A DNA stretch of 64,000 nucleotides from Podarcis bocagei (taxonomy: Eukaryota), in assembly GCA_964188305.1 (NCBI GenBank), contig OZ076899.1; one strand, written 5' to 3'. This document shows positions 1 through 13,200 of this stretch, in pieces. Below the pieces are notes generated by a model. The model searched no databases. It saw only the letters and a program-made list of their open reading frames with translations, and had not been told where the DNA came from. Made by a program: the position numbers and the translations under genes. Positions within the stretch are counted from its first letter, which is position 1. Every line of letters begins with the position of its first letter.

Positions 1-865
1 CTCTTATGCTATAAGAAATGCGAAGAGAGACTTTGTATATACTGGTTTCCCGTTCAGTCTGTCATTGTTACTAGTACTGCCAGTTCCCACAATCCTAACA
101 TTCCCTGGGCATCAGTCAGTGTCTGCAAGGAACAATTTTCATGTGAAAAGCCCACAGGCCAAGACTCAGTAGTCTCTAGAGAGCTGACCTCTAAAGTTGA
201 GTCTCTTCTGACATTTTCACAAGCTACTTGAAGTGATTTCTGCAGATTCATTCCATTTGGTAAACTTTTGAACAAAATCCCTGTCCTTTTCAGTAAGATT
301 TATTAAAGCAATTTCCCCCTTTCTCAGTGACAGAATGATGCAGTTAAGATTGGAGATGTGTCTGGTGACTAAGTATGATGAAAAATATTGTTTACTGATT
401 CTTATTTTTAAGAAGTAGTACAAAAAGAGTCATGGTGTTGTTTTACTTCCAGACATTTCTTGTTGATAATGAAGTATTTTGCTGGTAATTAATGTAATGT
501 CTACTTTTTAAAACTATTTTTTTAAAAAAATTATCTTTTAGGGGGCAAAATGCTAAGTGTAGTGGTTCTCTCTAGATGAATGTTGATAATTTTCGAGTTT
601 CAGTGAAATTACCCTTAGCAGTGTTGTATGCTATTGATGTTCTAAAAATGACCTGTCATTAGGAAAAGATATTGGTGGAATAATTTTCAAAGCGTGGGTT
701 ACTGTACACGTTGCCAATCCTTTTCTTTCCATGAGCACATTTCAAATTTCTTCCTTTTCTTTCTTCATCCCTCCCCCCCAAAAGTTACAAAGAGAGAGAG
801 AGAACACATACAGTTTCCTTTTTCAAGGGTTTGAGGTAAAATACAGCTTCAATAGTGTTAAAATG

Positions 866-1027
866 CATAGGTGTAGCCAAGATTTATTTTATGGGGGGCA
901 GGCTTTATGTTGGGGGGCAGAACTGAGATATCTGTGATGCAATTGGCCAGTTAGTTAAGGATTTCTATTTATTTACTTGATTTAGGTGGGGCAGCTGCCC
1001 CCTCTGCCTCTCCTGGCTACGCCCATG
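866..1027. mobile_element. hAT-type MITE
   Basis: Imperfect TIR cataggtgtagcca / tggctacgcccatg; 8-bp TSD TTAAAATG. Confidence 0.85.
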
Positions 1028-2336
1028 TTAAAATGAATCCTCTTGAATTTGCATGATGTTACACAGGGTCCTATAGCAGCAACTGTTAAATTAAAGCTTA
1101 CATTGGCAGACTGCAAAGTAAAAAATCATAGATATGGTGTCTGGGACAAAAACACTGATTCAAGGCATGGATCCTCATCATGGTTCATTTTTACATAGGA
1201 TGTCAATCAATTATATCTATGCACTTAGAGGTGACCTATGATTTGACTCATGATTTTAGGGCATAGTTTGTAAACAATTACGAGAATCCATAGGGATCTG
1301 TGCCTCACATCCATGTTTTTGCACCAAGGCAGTACTAGAAAGGGCCAGATCTTTGATTTTCATGGTTCAATCAGTGGAGACAGATGGGATATGTGACTTG
1401 ATAGAAGGGTGTATCTGTCTGCCTGGGGACAGGTAGCCCATTACAAACTTATGAAATTTCAAGTGGATCCATTTTACTAGATTGTGTGCGTTTCCATCTC
1501 TCTGTTTCTCTGGTACCTTATTTCTCCCAACTCTTGTAGCACCATGTCTTCTCCACATTGCACAGTCTGTTTTCCTATCGCATTCCCAGTCTCAAATTTC
1601 TCCCCTTTTTCTCATACCATGTCAGGTGCTTTGCTGTCTGTTCAGCTGCTGATGTGCTGATCTAAGACTTGGAAACCACATAGTTCAAGAGATTACAAAA
1701 AGTTCATTAAAAACTAAACACAGCAACACTATTACGCCAACACAACATACAGCTGAAAGAGGAACTGGGAAAGAGTGTCCACCTTCCCACTTCCTGTTTC
1801 ACATTCATGCATTTCAAGGCTCAGATTGGTAGCTGATAAAAAAGCTATATATGTGAAGTATATTCTTATGAGGAAAAATTGCCACAAACACATCTAAGGG
1901 ATTGCTTACTGGGAGCTCAACTCTTCACTTTACTGAATGTTCACATTTAAGGCATCTGTTCTTTGATTTTAAAGCAGCCATGGGGAGGGTCCAATCAGGA
2001 TTCGAACAACAGAGTATTGGGGAGAGGGTTTAATTGAGTCCCCCAGTGAAAACCAAATATCCCTTTTCCCCAGGGCAAATTGCAACTTGGAGGGTTTGAT
2101 ATTTATATTTTTAATTAGGACTACAGTTTTGGGGGCACAGGCAGCTGCTATTTAAAAAAGAAAACTGATTTGTTAAAACTGATTGTACATTTTAACATGA
2201 TGTGTACTGTAGTTCTGTGTTTTAATAGATCATATGTTCTATTAATGTTTTATTGTTTTTTAATTATTTCTTCCACACCCAATGTGTTTAGCTGTTTCTA
2301 TTTTAGCTGTAGAGTCCCTGTCAGGGAAAAGGGCAG

Positions 2337-2337
<1 letters not shown>

Positions 2338-2395
<58 letters not shown>
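2338..2395. repeat. (AAT)n microsatellite
   Basis: Directly visible. Confidence 0.95.
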
Positions 2396-2409
2396 CCAGC
2401 AATCCTATA

Positions 2410-2652
2410 CAGTGGTACCTCGGGTTAAGTACTTAATTCATTCCGGAGGTCCATACTTAACCTGAAACTGTTCTTAACCTGAAGCACCAGTTTAGCTAAT
2501 GGGGGTCTCCTGCTGCCGCCGCGCTGCCGGAGCCCGATTTCTGTTCTTATCCTGAAGCAAAGTTATTAACCTGAAGCACTATTTCTAGGTTAGCGGAGTG
2601 TGTAACCTGAAGCGTATGTAACCTGAAGCATATGTAACCCGAGGTACCACTG
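2410..2652. mobile_element. Tc1/mariner (pogo/Tigger-like) MITE
   Basis: Perfect 18-bp TIR CAGTGGTACCTCGGGTTA, TA TSD, internal TAACCTGAAG repeats. Confidence 0.9.
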
Positions 2653-3895
2653 TATCCAATTTGCTTTACTTCAAGCTGACATTTATAAAAAGATTTTGCT
2701 TTTAACCTATTATTATTGTTGCACACCACCCCAATCTCTGAGTGATGTGAAATTCCAGAGGCTCCAGGCAATAACCAAGGCTTTCATTTTTCATTCAGAA
2801 TGATGCATAGAGGAGACTGTGGTATTTTTATGATATATTGTTTATTTACACATATATACAACCTGAGCCCATGAAGGAGGGGTTCACAGTATCAACACCC
2901 CAAGAAGGCCTTGCTTCTCCCATAGTCACAGCCTCAGATTCAAAACAGAAATCAGGCATTGCCCCCTCTCTCTCCCCATCTTGCTGCTTTTCTTCTACCT
3001 AACATCACTTCACTCTCTCCTCTCAACTTTGGCTTTGTCCTTCTAACTATCCATGAGTTGAGGGAGGGTGCCCCACCTATTTGCCATCTCACACTGATCC
3101 ACTTAATTTGTTCCCCTTAATGGCCAGGTGACCACCTTACCAGGAAGTTAACATGGCTTTAACACTCGCTGGTTAGAAGGTCCTTAACCTTCTTCCCCTC
3201 CCAACTCATAACATTATAAAACTTGTGTGTGATTGGTGTGTGTTTGTGGTCTGTTTGTGTGTGAAAGAGTGGATGTGACCACACCAATCTTTTGGAGGTT
3301 TGGCCAACAGTAAATGCAGCTCTTGGGCCAAAAAAAGGTTATCCAATCTTGTTTTATAGCATTCTCAAGAAAAAATGAAATGATCAGTCTCATGGAGGGG
3401 TGCTGAACCACTTCTTTTATCTGAGCTACCCATTCCTTAATCTGTGTTTTTGGTTTTCTGTCAGTTTGAAAAACAACAACCAAAAGGCTTGTTCAGCTTG
3501 ACATTATGAGGAGAGGGAGAATGGATCCCATAAGATAAGGTCCAAGCAGTATTAAATACTTGCTTGTGCATTTACGTCATGTTTAATGAGGCAATAAAAT
3601 TGTCCACATATGTTCCTGTTTTCATTTCTCATGTAACTGATACTTGAAATTGAGGCTAGCCATGCTCCCAAAGTTCTAGGCAGACTGGCATAGTTGAGAT
3701 AACAGAGGATGCATCATTTCCTATAGAGCCTTTCTTAAGATTTTTAGTGGTTGTTTCCCCTAGCCCTGATGTTTCTTGAGGCTAGAATTGGATGGTGTGA
3801 ATGCAAACTATTTGTAAATCTGTGGGAAATGTGATGTTAAAGAGATTATTTATGTGGCTTATTTTGTTGATGGCGCAGCAGATGCTGGGAAGAAG

Positions 3896-6800
3896 TAATA
3901 ATAATAATAATAATAATAATTTTTTATTTATACCCCGCCCTCCCCAGCCAAGGCCAGGCTCAGAGCGGCTTACAAGCAATAATAAAAACAAGATGAGTGA
4001 TTACAACTTAAAAACAAAAATAAAATACAACATTAAAATAATGGAACATTAAAATATTAAAATGGAGCCTCATTGCAGGAGAAGGAAAAGAAAAAAGAAA
4101 AAGGGGGCGGAGGGAATCAAATTGGCTCCAATCCAAAGGCCAGGCGGAACAACTCTGTCTTACAGGCCCTGCGGAAAGAGATCAGATCCTGCAGGGCCCT
4201 GGTCTCATGAGACAGAGCGTTCCACCAAGTTGGGGCCAGTGCTGAAAAGGCCCTGGCTCTGGTTGAAGCCAATCTAACTTCCTTAGGGCCTGGGACCACT
4301 AGGGTGTTGTTATTTATGGACCTTGAGGCTCTCCGTGGGGCATACCAGGCGAGGCGGTCCCGTAGGTACGAGGGTCCTAGGCCGTGAAGGGCTTTAAAGG
4401 TCAAAAGCAGCACCTTAAATCTGACCCTGTACTCCACCGGGAGCCAGTGCAGCTTGAAAAGCACTGGATGAATATGCTCCCATGGCAGAGACGCTGTGAG
4501 GAGCCTCGCTGCAGCATTCTGTACCCGCTGGAGTTTCTGGGACAGCTTCAAGGGCAGCCCCGCGTAGAGCGAGTTACAGTAGTCAAGCCTGGAGATGACT
4601 GTCGCATGGATCACTGTGGCCAGGTCGGGGCGGGAAAGGTAAGGGACCAACTGCTTGATGCGGCGAAGGTGGAAAAATGTCGCCTTGGCTGTTGCTGTGA
4701 CTTGCGCCTCCATGGAAAGGGAGGCGTCAAGGATTACACCCAAACTCTTAACGGAAGGCAATGGCACTAATTGGGCCCCCGCAAGAGAAGGGAGTTGGTC
4801 CCTCATCCCCATGCTATCCCGACCTAGCCATAGGACCTCTGTCTTCGAAGGATTTAGTTTCAATCGGCTCCCACGAAACCATCCAGCCACAGCTTCCAAG
4901 CATCTGGTCAGTGTGTAAGGGGCCGAGTTGGTGTGGCCATCCATCAGTAGATAGAGCTGAGTGTCATCAGCATATTGATGACAGCCCAGCCCAAAGCTCC
5001 GGATAATCTGGGCAAGGGGGCGCATAAAGATGTTAAAAAGCATTGGGGAGAGAATTGCGCCCTGCGGCACTCCACACACCAAGGAGTGGCGTGACGACAT
5101 TTCCCTCCCTAGTGCCACCCTCTGTCCCCGACCAGAGATAAAAGAGCACAACCAGTTACGGGCTATGCCCTGTATCCCCACGTCTGCAAGGCGATGGTCC
5201 AGAAGATCATGATCGACCATGTCAAAGGCTGCTGACAAATCTAAAAGGATCAGCAGTCCTGACCCGCCTCGATCCAGTTGTCTACGGATATCATCTGTTA
5301 GGGCAACCAGAGCCGTCTCCGTCCCAAAACCAGGACGGAAACCGGACTGAAATGGATCTAATGCCGATGTTTCCTCCAGAAACCTACCAAGCTGTTCAGC
5401 AACCGCTCTCTCAATTACCTTACCCAGGTATGGAAGATTTGAAACTGGGCGGTAATTGGATAGGTCTAAGGGATCTAATGAAGCTTTCTTTAAGAGTGGA
5501 CGCACCACTGCTTCCTTCAGTTCCCCTGGGAATGTCCCCGTGTCAAGGGACAAATTGATAATTTCAACCAGGGGGGTCCGCGCAACATCTGGACACTCCC
5601 TAATCAGCCAAGACGGGCACGGATCAAGGAGGCAGGTGGTGGGCCTACCAACTTGGAGGAATCTATCCACATCAGTAGGGAGTATCCGATCGAAATGGTC
5701 CAACACTGGACCTGAAGTCAGTCGAGGGGCCTCCAGTTCAGTCACTGTATCTAAATTGGCAGGGAGGTCACGGCGGAGCAACAGGACTTTCTCCGCAAAA
5801 AAGCTCGCGAATGCCTCACAGCTGTGGGTCGAATTTGTGCTTAAATTTGGTTGTCCTCCTAAGGACGTTATTGACCTAATTATTCTAAAAAGTTGTGCCG
5901 GGCGAGAGCTAGCGGATGCAATAGAAGCTGCAAAGTAAGATTTCTTAGCAGCTTTCATAGCCATCTCATAGGCTTTCATAAGCGTCCTATAAGATGTTCT
6001 TGAGGCTCCGTCATGAGTCCGTCGCCATACTCGCTCTAGCCGTCTGAGATCCCGCTTCATTTTCCGGAGGTCCTCAGTAAACCAAGGGGCCCGGTTTCGA
6101 CGGGGTCGCAGAGGGCGCTTAGGCGCGATTTCATCAATGGCTGCCAAGAGCCGGTTATTCCAGTCCTCAACAAGGTCATCTAATGAGTCGCCAGGAGGAG
6201 CAGGGTTCCGCAAGGCTTGTCGGAATCTATCAGGATCCATCAGTTTTCGCGGACGAGCCCAAATAGGCTCGGCACCCGAGCCGGGGAGGAGCGGGAAGTC
6301 AATCTTGGCTTTTAAAGCGTAGTGATCAGACCATGGCACTTTCACAGCGGGGAGCATGATCACATCTATGCCAGCCCCAAAGATCAGATCCAGCGTGTGG
6401 CCTGCTTGATGAGTGGGGCCCAAAACAAATTGGGAGAGCCCTAGTGTTGCCATGGAAGTCACTAGGTCTAGAGCCTGTGAGGAGGGAGCGGCATCGGCAT
6501 GGACGTTGAAGTCTCCCAAAACCAGTAGGTTTGGGAACTCCAAGGCCCAGCCCGCCACCACCTCCAGCAGATCTGACAGGGTGGCTGCAGATGTGCTGGG
6601 TGGTCGGTACACCAGCCAGACAGCCAAGCTCTCCTTGGTGCCCCACACGAGACCAACACATTCAATGCCGGAGATTGCCGGTGATGGCAGAGCTCTGAAA
6701 GAGCAATCCTCCCGGAATAACAACGCTACTCCTCCCCCCCGACCTACAGTCCGCGATTGATGGAGGACAGAGAAACCTGGGGGTGTTATCTCATGTAGGG

Positions 6801-7262
6801 AGACTACTTCGCCTTCCCGTACCCAGGTCTCCGTCACGCAAGCCAGGTCAATCCCCTGCGAGACAAAAAAGTCACGCATGGTGGCAGTTTTGTTGCCTAT
6901 GGACCTGGCATTGCACAGCACCAATGACGGAGGTGTGTAATCCTTGTTCTCCCTACCCTCATCCCTTGGGATGGGGCGTAGATTGGAAGGGGTTCGAGGA
7001 TCACTGCATCTCGAAACCCTTCGCCGATAGAGATATCTAGCCCTACCGCCATTCCTCCCTAGCCCTTCAATTGTGGAAATCCTAGATCCCATACTAGCCT
7101 CCCCAATAGATGGGTAACATCCCCTCAATAACAAGTCATCCTTGGGCCAGGACTCCTGGGTCAAAATGGTATGGGAAAGAGGTGGAGGTTTGATAGGGTA
7201 AGTATCCCTAGAAGATAAAACCCAACCAACCGCACCCCAAGCGGGGGGGGACAGTCCCATGG
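3896..7262 (-). mobile_element. L2-clade LINE with intact ORF2, 3' UTR and (TTA)n tail
   Basis: Uninterrupted, GC/CpG-rich ORF; 3' end TGTAAGCCGCTCTGAG...GGGCGGGGTATAAAT followed by a microsatellite tail at 3896-3920. The 5' boundary is approximate and no TSD was found. Confidence 0.92.
4117..7260 (-). CDS. L2 LINE ORF2: APE endonuclease plus reverse transcriptase
   Basis: APE motifs CNARS, VTETW, VYRPP, GDFN, TLD, SDH; RT motifs FQSGFR, LDLSAAFD, GVPQG, YADDTQLY; L2-type C-terminus LHWLPV...RAFS..AP..WNAL...KTELF. Confidence 0.94.
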   Translation of the reverse strand: MGLSPPAWGAVGWVLSSRDTYPIKPPPLSHTILTQESWPKDDLLLRGCYPSIGEASMGSRISTIEGLGRNGGRARYLYRRRVSRCSDPRTPSNLRPIPRDEGRENKDYTPPSLVLCNARSIGNKTATMRDFFVSQGIDLACVTETWVREGEVVSLHEITPPGFSVLHQSRTVGRGGGVALLFREDCSFRALPSPAISGIECVGLVWGTKESLAVWLVYRPPSTSAATLSDLLEVVAGWALEFPNLLVLGDFNVHADAAPSSQALDLVTSMATLGLSQFVLGPTHQAGHTLDLIFGAGIDVIMLPAVKVPWSDHYALKAKIDFPLLPGSGAEPIWARPRKLMDPDRFRQALRNPAPPGDSLDDLVEDWNNRLLAAIDEIAPKRPLRPRRNRAPWFTEDLRKMKRDLRRLERVWRRTHDGASRTSYRTLMKAYEMAMKAAKKSYFAASIASASSRPAQLFRIIRSITSLGGQPNLSTNSTHSCEAFASFFAEKVLLLRRDLPANLDTVTELEAPRLTSGPVLDHFDRILPTDVDRFLQVGRPTTCLLDPCPSWLIRECPDVARTPLVEIINLSLDTGTFPGELKEAVVRPLLKKASLDPLDLSNYRPVSNLPYLGKVIERAVAEQLGRFLEETSALDPFQSGFRPGFGTETALVALTDDIRRQLDRGGSGLLILLDLSAAFDMVDHDLLDHRLADVGIQGIARNWLCSFISGRGQRVALGREMSSRHSLVCGVPQGAILSPMLFNIFMRPLAQIIRSFGLGCHQYADDTQLYLLMDGHTNSAPYTLTRCLEAVAGWFRGSRLKLNPSKTEVLWLGRDSMGMRDQLPSLAGAQLVPLPSVKSLGVILDASLSMEAQVTATAKATFFHLRRIKQLVPYLSRPDLATVIHATVISRLDYCNSLYAGLPLKLSQKLQRVQNAAARLLTASLPWEHIHPVLFKLHWLPVEYRVRFKVLLLTFKALHGLGPSYLRDRLAWYAPRRASRSINNNTLVVPGPKEVRLASTRARAFSALAPTWWNALSHETRALQDLISFRRACKTELFRLAFGLEPI

Positions 7263-7389
7263 TGAAGGGCCTTTGAGCAGCACGCTCAAAACAAGCATGC
7301 TGCTTGTCAGCATTAATCCATAGTTTGTTTTAAGACCAAATGACTGCAGTATGTGGGATTGTCCTTGGTTCTGGTTTGGAAGCTTGTGC

Positions 7390-7913
7390 AGAAAGCAATG
7401 ACCAGACTGCTTCCCTGGCCACTGTGACAAACCATTGTTATGACATCTGCACTGGCTGCATGTCTGCTACTGAGCCAGGTTCAAGGTCGTATTGATTTAC
7501 AAAACCCTGTGCAACATAGGTCCAGGGTACTCTGGGGATTACCCGAACCCTTATATTCCAGCTCGATCACTGAGATCATCTACAGGAGTGTCGTTGGTCA
7601 TTCCCTATGTTTGTCAGGCTCATTTAACAACAAAAAGTAACCAAGGCTTTAGTGTCATTGGCCCAGTCCTGTGGAATGCCCAGTCCTGTGGAATTCATCA
7701 GGCTCTTCTGTTTCAACCTTTAAATGCCTGTTAAAAACTTTTCTACTTGTCCAGTTTATGCAGGAAATTAAGAATGCATATTTCCTTAAAGTTAGCTTTT
7801 TTAATATTAGCACCTTAATTTTTATATTGTATGATTTTGCATATAATTATTGTAAACTGCTCTGATATTTCCAATGATTAGTGGTATATAAATATTTTAA
7901 TCAATAAATAAAG
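7390..7913 (+). mobile_element. Old degenerate L2 3' fragment
   Basis: Decayed HLHWL...FKV..IYK.L..GP.Y...ARSLRS and LLKTFL motifs; A-rich end. Confidence 0.7.
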
Positions 7914-9467
7914 CAATATGCTTTGTGAATCAGGTCATTGTGTTTGCTTATCACCATCGTTACAGTCCAAATGGGATTGTTTCATGCCAGGCAAATATAT
8001 TCTCTTTAACAGGAAATAAATTTATCTAACATGCCTTTCATGTTTAAGCTTGCTTTTTTAAAAAAACCAAAAAAACAATGAGTGATAAATTTTACTCAGA
8101 GCAGCCCCATTGAAATTAATGAACATAGCTAATTTAGGTCCGTTAATTTAACAGTAAAACTTCATTAAATAACACTCCATGTTTACTTGGTACATTATTG
8201 TCATGTTTAGTCTTCCAGAAGAAAATCTAGTCACAATTTTAATGATTTTGATATGGTGTCCATAATCTGGGATCTTATCTGTCAGCTACTGAAATCAACT
8301 GAAATACTTCTTATTGACTTGTATAAAAATACTGAAATGTTAGTTATCAAATGAATGTTAAATGTATGTTTGATTACAGCCTTCTTCATTTGGTGCAGTG
8401 CTTCAAAACATACTTCAAAGGGTCAGTTGTAGTTGTTCATCTGAAGAGACTCTCATTAGATCAGACATTTTTGGGAAGGCTTTCTATGTCACCTTCCTGT
8501 TTACCATGTTTACGGTACCATGCCAACATACCATTGTGAAACACTGGTCTGTATGAAATCCTACTCGACTTCTTTTAACAAATTAGTTTTATAATTGCAT
8601 GAATTTCTTCAAACTGCGAGAGACAGTTGTTCAGCAATTAAATCCACATGTTTGCTTCTCTTGCTACATAGTTCAAAGCTGCAAAAAGTGTATAAAAACT
8701 TTGAAGCAATTAGTTGTTACAGCAATGATTGCTTTCTTTACAAAACAAAATGCTACAACTTTTGAACTCTTGATACTCCTGGTCTGTAGTGTTCTAGTGA
8801 TCAGACTAATACAAGTACAGGATATCCTCCTACATCCTTAGTAGACATACGTACATTTTCTCTGTCTGTTCAGTCATTTTTTTTGAGAGCACATCCACAC
8901 GTTTATTAAAAGCACCTAGCTGTTCCCTTTCTTCCTCCTCATCTTACCCAAGTGGCATACTATTAGTTCACATTTGTTTGAATGCAGGGATAGACAACAC
9001 AGTACTCACTGGGTTGGTGGTTCTTGTTATTTTAAGTCACTATTTTATTGAAATGGCAGGCACTTTGATCATCCTTGGAGGGGCTTTTCTGAATGTGTAA
9101 GTGGTGGGGTGCTCAATTATATTCTGTGTGTGAGATACATTTGGGCAGAGAGAGGGGGGAACAAGGTATGTGTGACTGTGCATAGATGAAGTATATGAGT
9201 GCATGTGTGTGAGGGAGGTGCTTGTGTGCATGTGGTTTTTATGTGTGTGCGTGTGTATTGTGTGCTAGAGTGAGTAGCCACCTTGTATACTTTTCCTAGT
9301 GCTGGGGAATGCACCCTTTTATTATTAGATAGCAACTACATAAGTGTGTGTGCCCAGGGGAATCAGTATTGTGTGATTTCCACAGTCAGCACCAGCAGGT
9401 CATTGAGGACCTCCCATGGAAAGCATGAGATTGTCTGACAAAGGAGGGGGACAGCAGCAATAACTGT

Positions 9468-9517
9468 ACTTCCGATCAGCAAGCCCAAGAGGCTCAGTGA
9501 TTTAGACCACAGCGCCA
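9468..9517 (-). mobile_element. Sauria SINE 5' fragment
   Basis: Matches 33661-33708. Confidence 0.65.
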
Positions 9518-9920
9518 ACAGCTCCCTTGATTGTAATTAGATTACAGTTGTTCTAAAGAAACCATCCTTGCACTCTTGAGGATTGCAATAACTACCTGTG
9601 AGATTGCAAACACCCTTTTCCTAGACAAAGTGCTTCAGCAGGTAGCTTGACATAAATAATTTGAATTCACTGCTATCTAGTTTCAGGCCCGGGTTCAACA
9701 CTGAAACAATCTTGATGAGTAATCTATGATGGAAGTTGGAGAAGGACTGATAGAGTGTGACCCTGTTATTTTTCATGATCTTTCAGTTTCTTTTGTTATT
9801 GTTGGCCATGGTATTCTTCTGAAGCAGCTGTTGGGATCATTAACGATGGAATCCAGTGGTCCTGGTCCTTCCTCAGTGACCTATTTCAGAAGGTGGTGAT
9901 GGGAGGCTATTGCTCTACTC

Positions 9921-10284
9921 CAGGGATGTCTAACCAGTCAACCACGATTGACAGGTCGATCGCGGGCTCATTTTCCTCTGCGGGGGAAAAGGAGCATCCG
10001 GCCCCACCCCCTCACTCTTTTGAGTATTCACGCACTATTTCAAGAACGGAAGAGGGAGTTACCGCTGGTGGGATTACTTCTTGTTTATCAATTAATGCCA
10101 CACTCCCCCCCAAAAAAATCAGCAGAAGTATTTGCTGTTTCCCTAAAAAATGGTCAATAACTTTGGCACCCTCCAAAAAAAACTCAACAACTTTGACTTG
10201 CCCCCCTTAAAAAAGGTCAACAACTTAGGTCCTCCCCCCTCATGGGTAGATCACTGCTAGTTTCTTGGGAGTTGGACATCCCTG
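9921..10284. mobile_element. hAT MITE nested in an old L2 fragment
   Basis: TIR cagggatgtctaac / gttggacatccctg; 8-bp TSD CTCTACTC; the upstream flank encodes a decayed S.FRPGFNTET RT motif. Confidence 0.88.
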
Positions 10285-13200
10285 CTCTACTCCATGGCAG
10301 ATAGGCTGTTGTATAGCACATTTTGAAGCTGGGTGGCAATGTTCAAAGCAGCACAATCTACTGAAAATTCTTATTTAACATCTTACTTTCTAAGACATGG
10401 AAAACTGTTGCTACAGTTGAAAAAAAAAGCAATTCTAAAACAGTTAACACAGGAGGAATGATTTAAAAAATCATGAATTCACTTCTGTTCTATTTGCAAT
10501 GCAATAATTAGGGCTTGAGGCTGCAATCCTATACACAGTTACACAGGTGTAAGTACCATTTTACTTAATAATACTTACTTTTGTGTAGGCATTTTTAGGA
10601 TTGCCCGGTAAGAAATGTTTTTTGTTTTTGTTCAGTGCAGAATGCAGAAAAGGGCATTGTTGGTAGATGATGGCATACATGCATAATGTTGGAAGATGAG
10701 CAGATGGATCAATTCTGCTGTTGTGGATAATGTTATTAATGTTATTAGGTCCTGTAATAGTGCTGCCAAAATAGATATACAGTAAACAAACAAACCCCAG
10801 TGTTGCAAAATGTGACTCAGCAATATCGACAGCAACACGATGGCCAGAAAAAATTACAGTTCAGAAAACTTTATGGAATAATGCAAAACATCAAAACTAT
10901 CAAACTGAAGTCTCTGAAAGTCCTTGAATAAGTCACGGTGCCAGACTTTACCCAGTGGAGAGCAAGCTTGTAAAGCTTTGTATGATTAGCAAATGTCCAG
11001 TTCTGATGTCCAACTCTGAACTCTGCCGAACAGTGTTTACAGATAGCAACTACTGTTTTGTTCAGTTCTTCATCAGCCAATTAGTTCAACAAACACTCGT
11101 AAGTAGAAAGATGTGTAATTTCTTCACTAACCAATCTTTTTTCGAATTGATATAATATACATGAGAATGAAAAATACTCTGGAACAGTACTCATAATTGT
11201 ATATTCATGCATATTATATCAATTCGAAAAAAGATTGGTTGAAGAAATTACACATCGATCTGGCCATCGTGTTGCTTTTGATATTGCTGAAAATAGATAT
11301 GCAGACAGAGTTGAAATCTGGCTCTGGTCGCTCTGACCATATCCTTGTTGTGTATCCTGTTCTGAATGGTGAGTAGCTGTTTTAGATTGGGAGGCTGTCT
11401 TGTCTGTAAGCCAGTACAGAGCTTTGAGAGGGCCAACTTAAAACAACTACTCACTCACAACAAGAGGACAAAACTTCATGCATCTGATGGAGTGTAGTCT
11501 ATGAAAGCTTTTGTCCTGTTTTGAGCAGGTCATAATCTAAAGCATAAAAACATGTTGAGCTTGCACACTTGTTAGCTTTGGTTACAAATTTGGTTACAAA
11601 AATGTATTACATTTGGGGAGATGAGCATTAATGATGCAGAAGAATATAGAGCTCTTAAGGAAATCTTCTATTAGTGTTTCAGCTTTTTGCTGTGTTTTAT
11701 ATTCCTCCTACGAGTCCTTAGTTTCTTTGCACAGAAACTAAAGAGTTAAATAAAGTCTATCTGAATAAGCTGACGGTCTTAGGGCTCGCAAACTTGAGTG
11801 AACACTTGATTGGCTCATCTACAAATGCCCTTTTTCATGAGAGCAGATTTCTGTGAGTGAAGAGACAAGATTGTTGTTTCCTTGTATTGTTAAAGGTTCT
11901 GGGGAAGCCCTTTTGAATGGGTGATCATTTTTGGAAATTACACCATCTTGGTATTTTCTTGGATTGTGATGAATCTACCTTCATTTGAAGTTCTTTGGGT
12001 TCGATTATTTCTGCTCTCCACACTTTTTTGCCTCACAGATTTTGCATGCTCTGAGAGTTTAGCATCATCCATGTAAGTAATTGACTCCTCTTTTACTTTT
12101 TCACAGGAAAAATATTAAGTTTTTCATTTCATTTTATTGAAAGTGTGTTTTAATGTTCTTGCTTAAAGTATGTTTTTCATACAGAAACTAATTGCATTGT
12201 GTGGGGAAAGCTTAAGACTTGCTGAAATATTGACACTCTTCTTACAATAAGCAGACAGTCACAGAGTTTCTGCTGAATACCAGCTTTTCCACTAATGTAG
12301 GGATAACTCCATTTGCCAATGTGCAGGATGCTTTAGCAAATTATCCTGTTTGTGTTATTTCAGTGAATTTTATTGTTTTGAAAAGAGAAATTGAAAACTG
12401 GAGGGAGGCACCTTTATAAAAAGGACCTTATTCCTTTAAATATTATTAGAACATGTAAGAAAAACCTGTCCATACACTGAGAAACCACCTTATTCAAAAT
12501 AATTCACAATTAGCTCTAAATAGGAAAGTTATCTTTTATTGTAACTTGGTCAACAAAGTCTTAATTCTATCTGCACATTACATTGTCATTTGCAGTACAA
12601 AAATTCCATCAAACTGACTAGTGACACTCTTTTAGAATAGGAAGGTCCCCCCCATTTCTTTAACAATGCTTTGAGGTCATTTATGCATTGATATGCTATG
12701 GGATATTATTAATTTTAGATACCCTTGCCCTAATCCAGACTGATTATACACATGGGAGCTCAAGTGAGCATGCTGGGATTTTGCGTAATCATGCATTTCC
12801 CTGTTCACTGCATTGTGGGCCATGCTCAGCATTGCGTGGCCCCCACATTGTAGTGGTTGAAGCAATCATGTGTGCATTGTAATTTTTTTTTTGGTCTTTT
12901 GGGATGGAAACAGAGATAATAACTTTATTGAATGAATTTATTTATGGAAGATAAAGCATATTTTAAAGTGGAATTTATTTTGTGTTCCAGTTCTGCATAG
13001 ATTTTTTTAAAAAAAATTTAGGTTTGCAACCCAGTCACAGGTTGCATGAATCTGTATTTTTTCATCTGTTTTTAAATCTTATACTAAAGGGTTAGCCCTG
13101 GACAGTTGGTCAGGTCTGAAATATTTCCAGATAATCCCTTACATAGTACAATTTACTGGTCTTAATATACAGCATGCAAGTCAACCATATACAGTATATG

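Noticed and set aside
4384-7040. Many + strand and alternate-frame ORFs of 60-160 aa
   Set aside because: They are shadows of the GC-rich L2 ORF2 and show no independent motifs.
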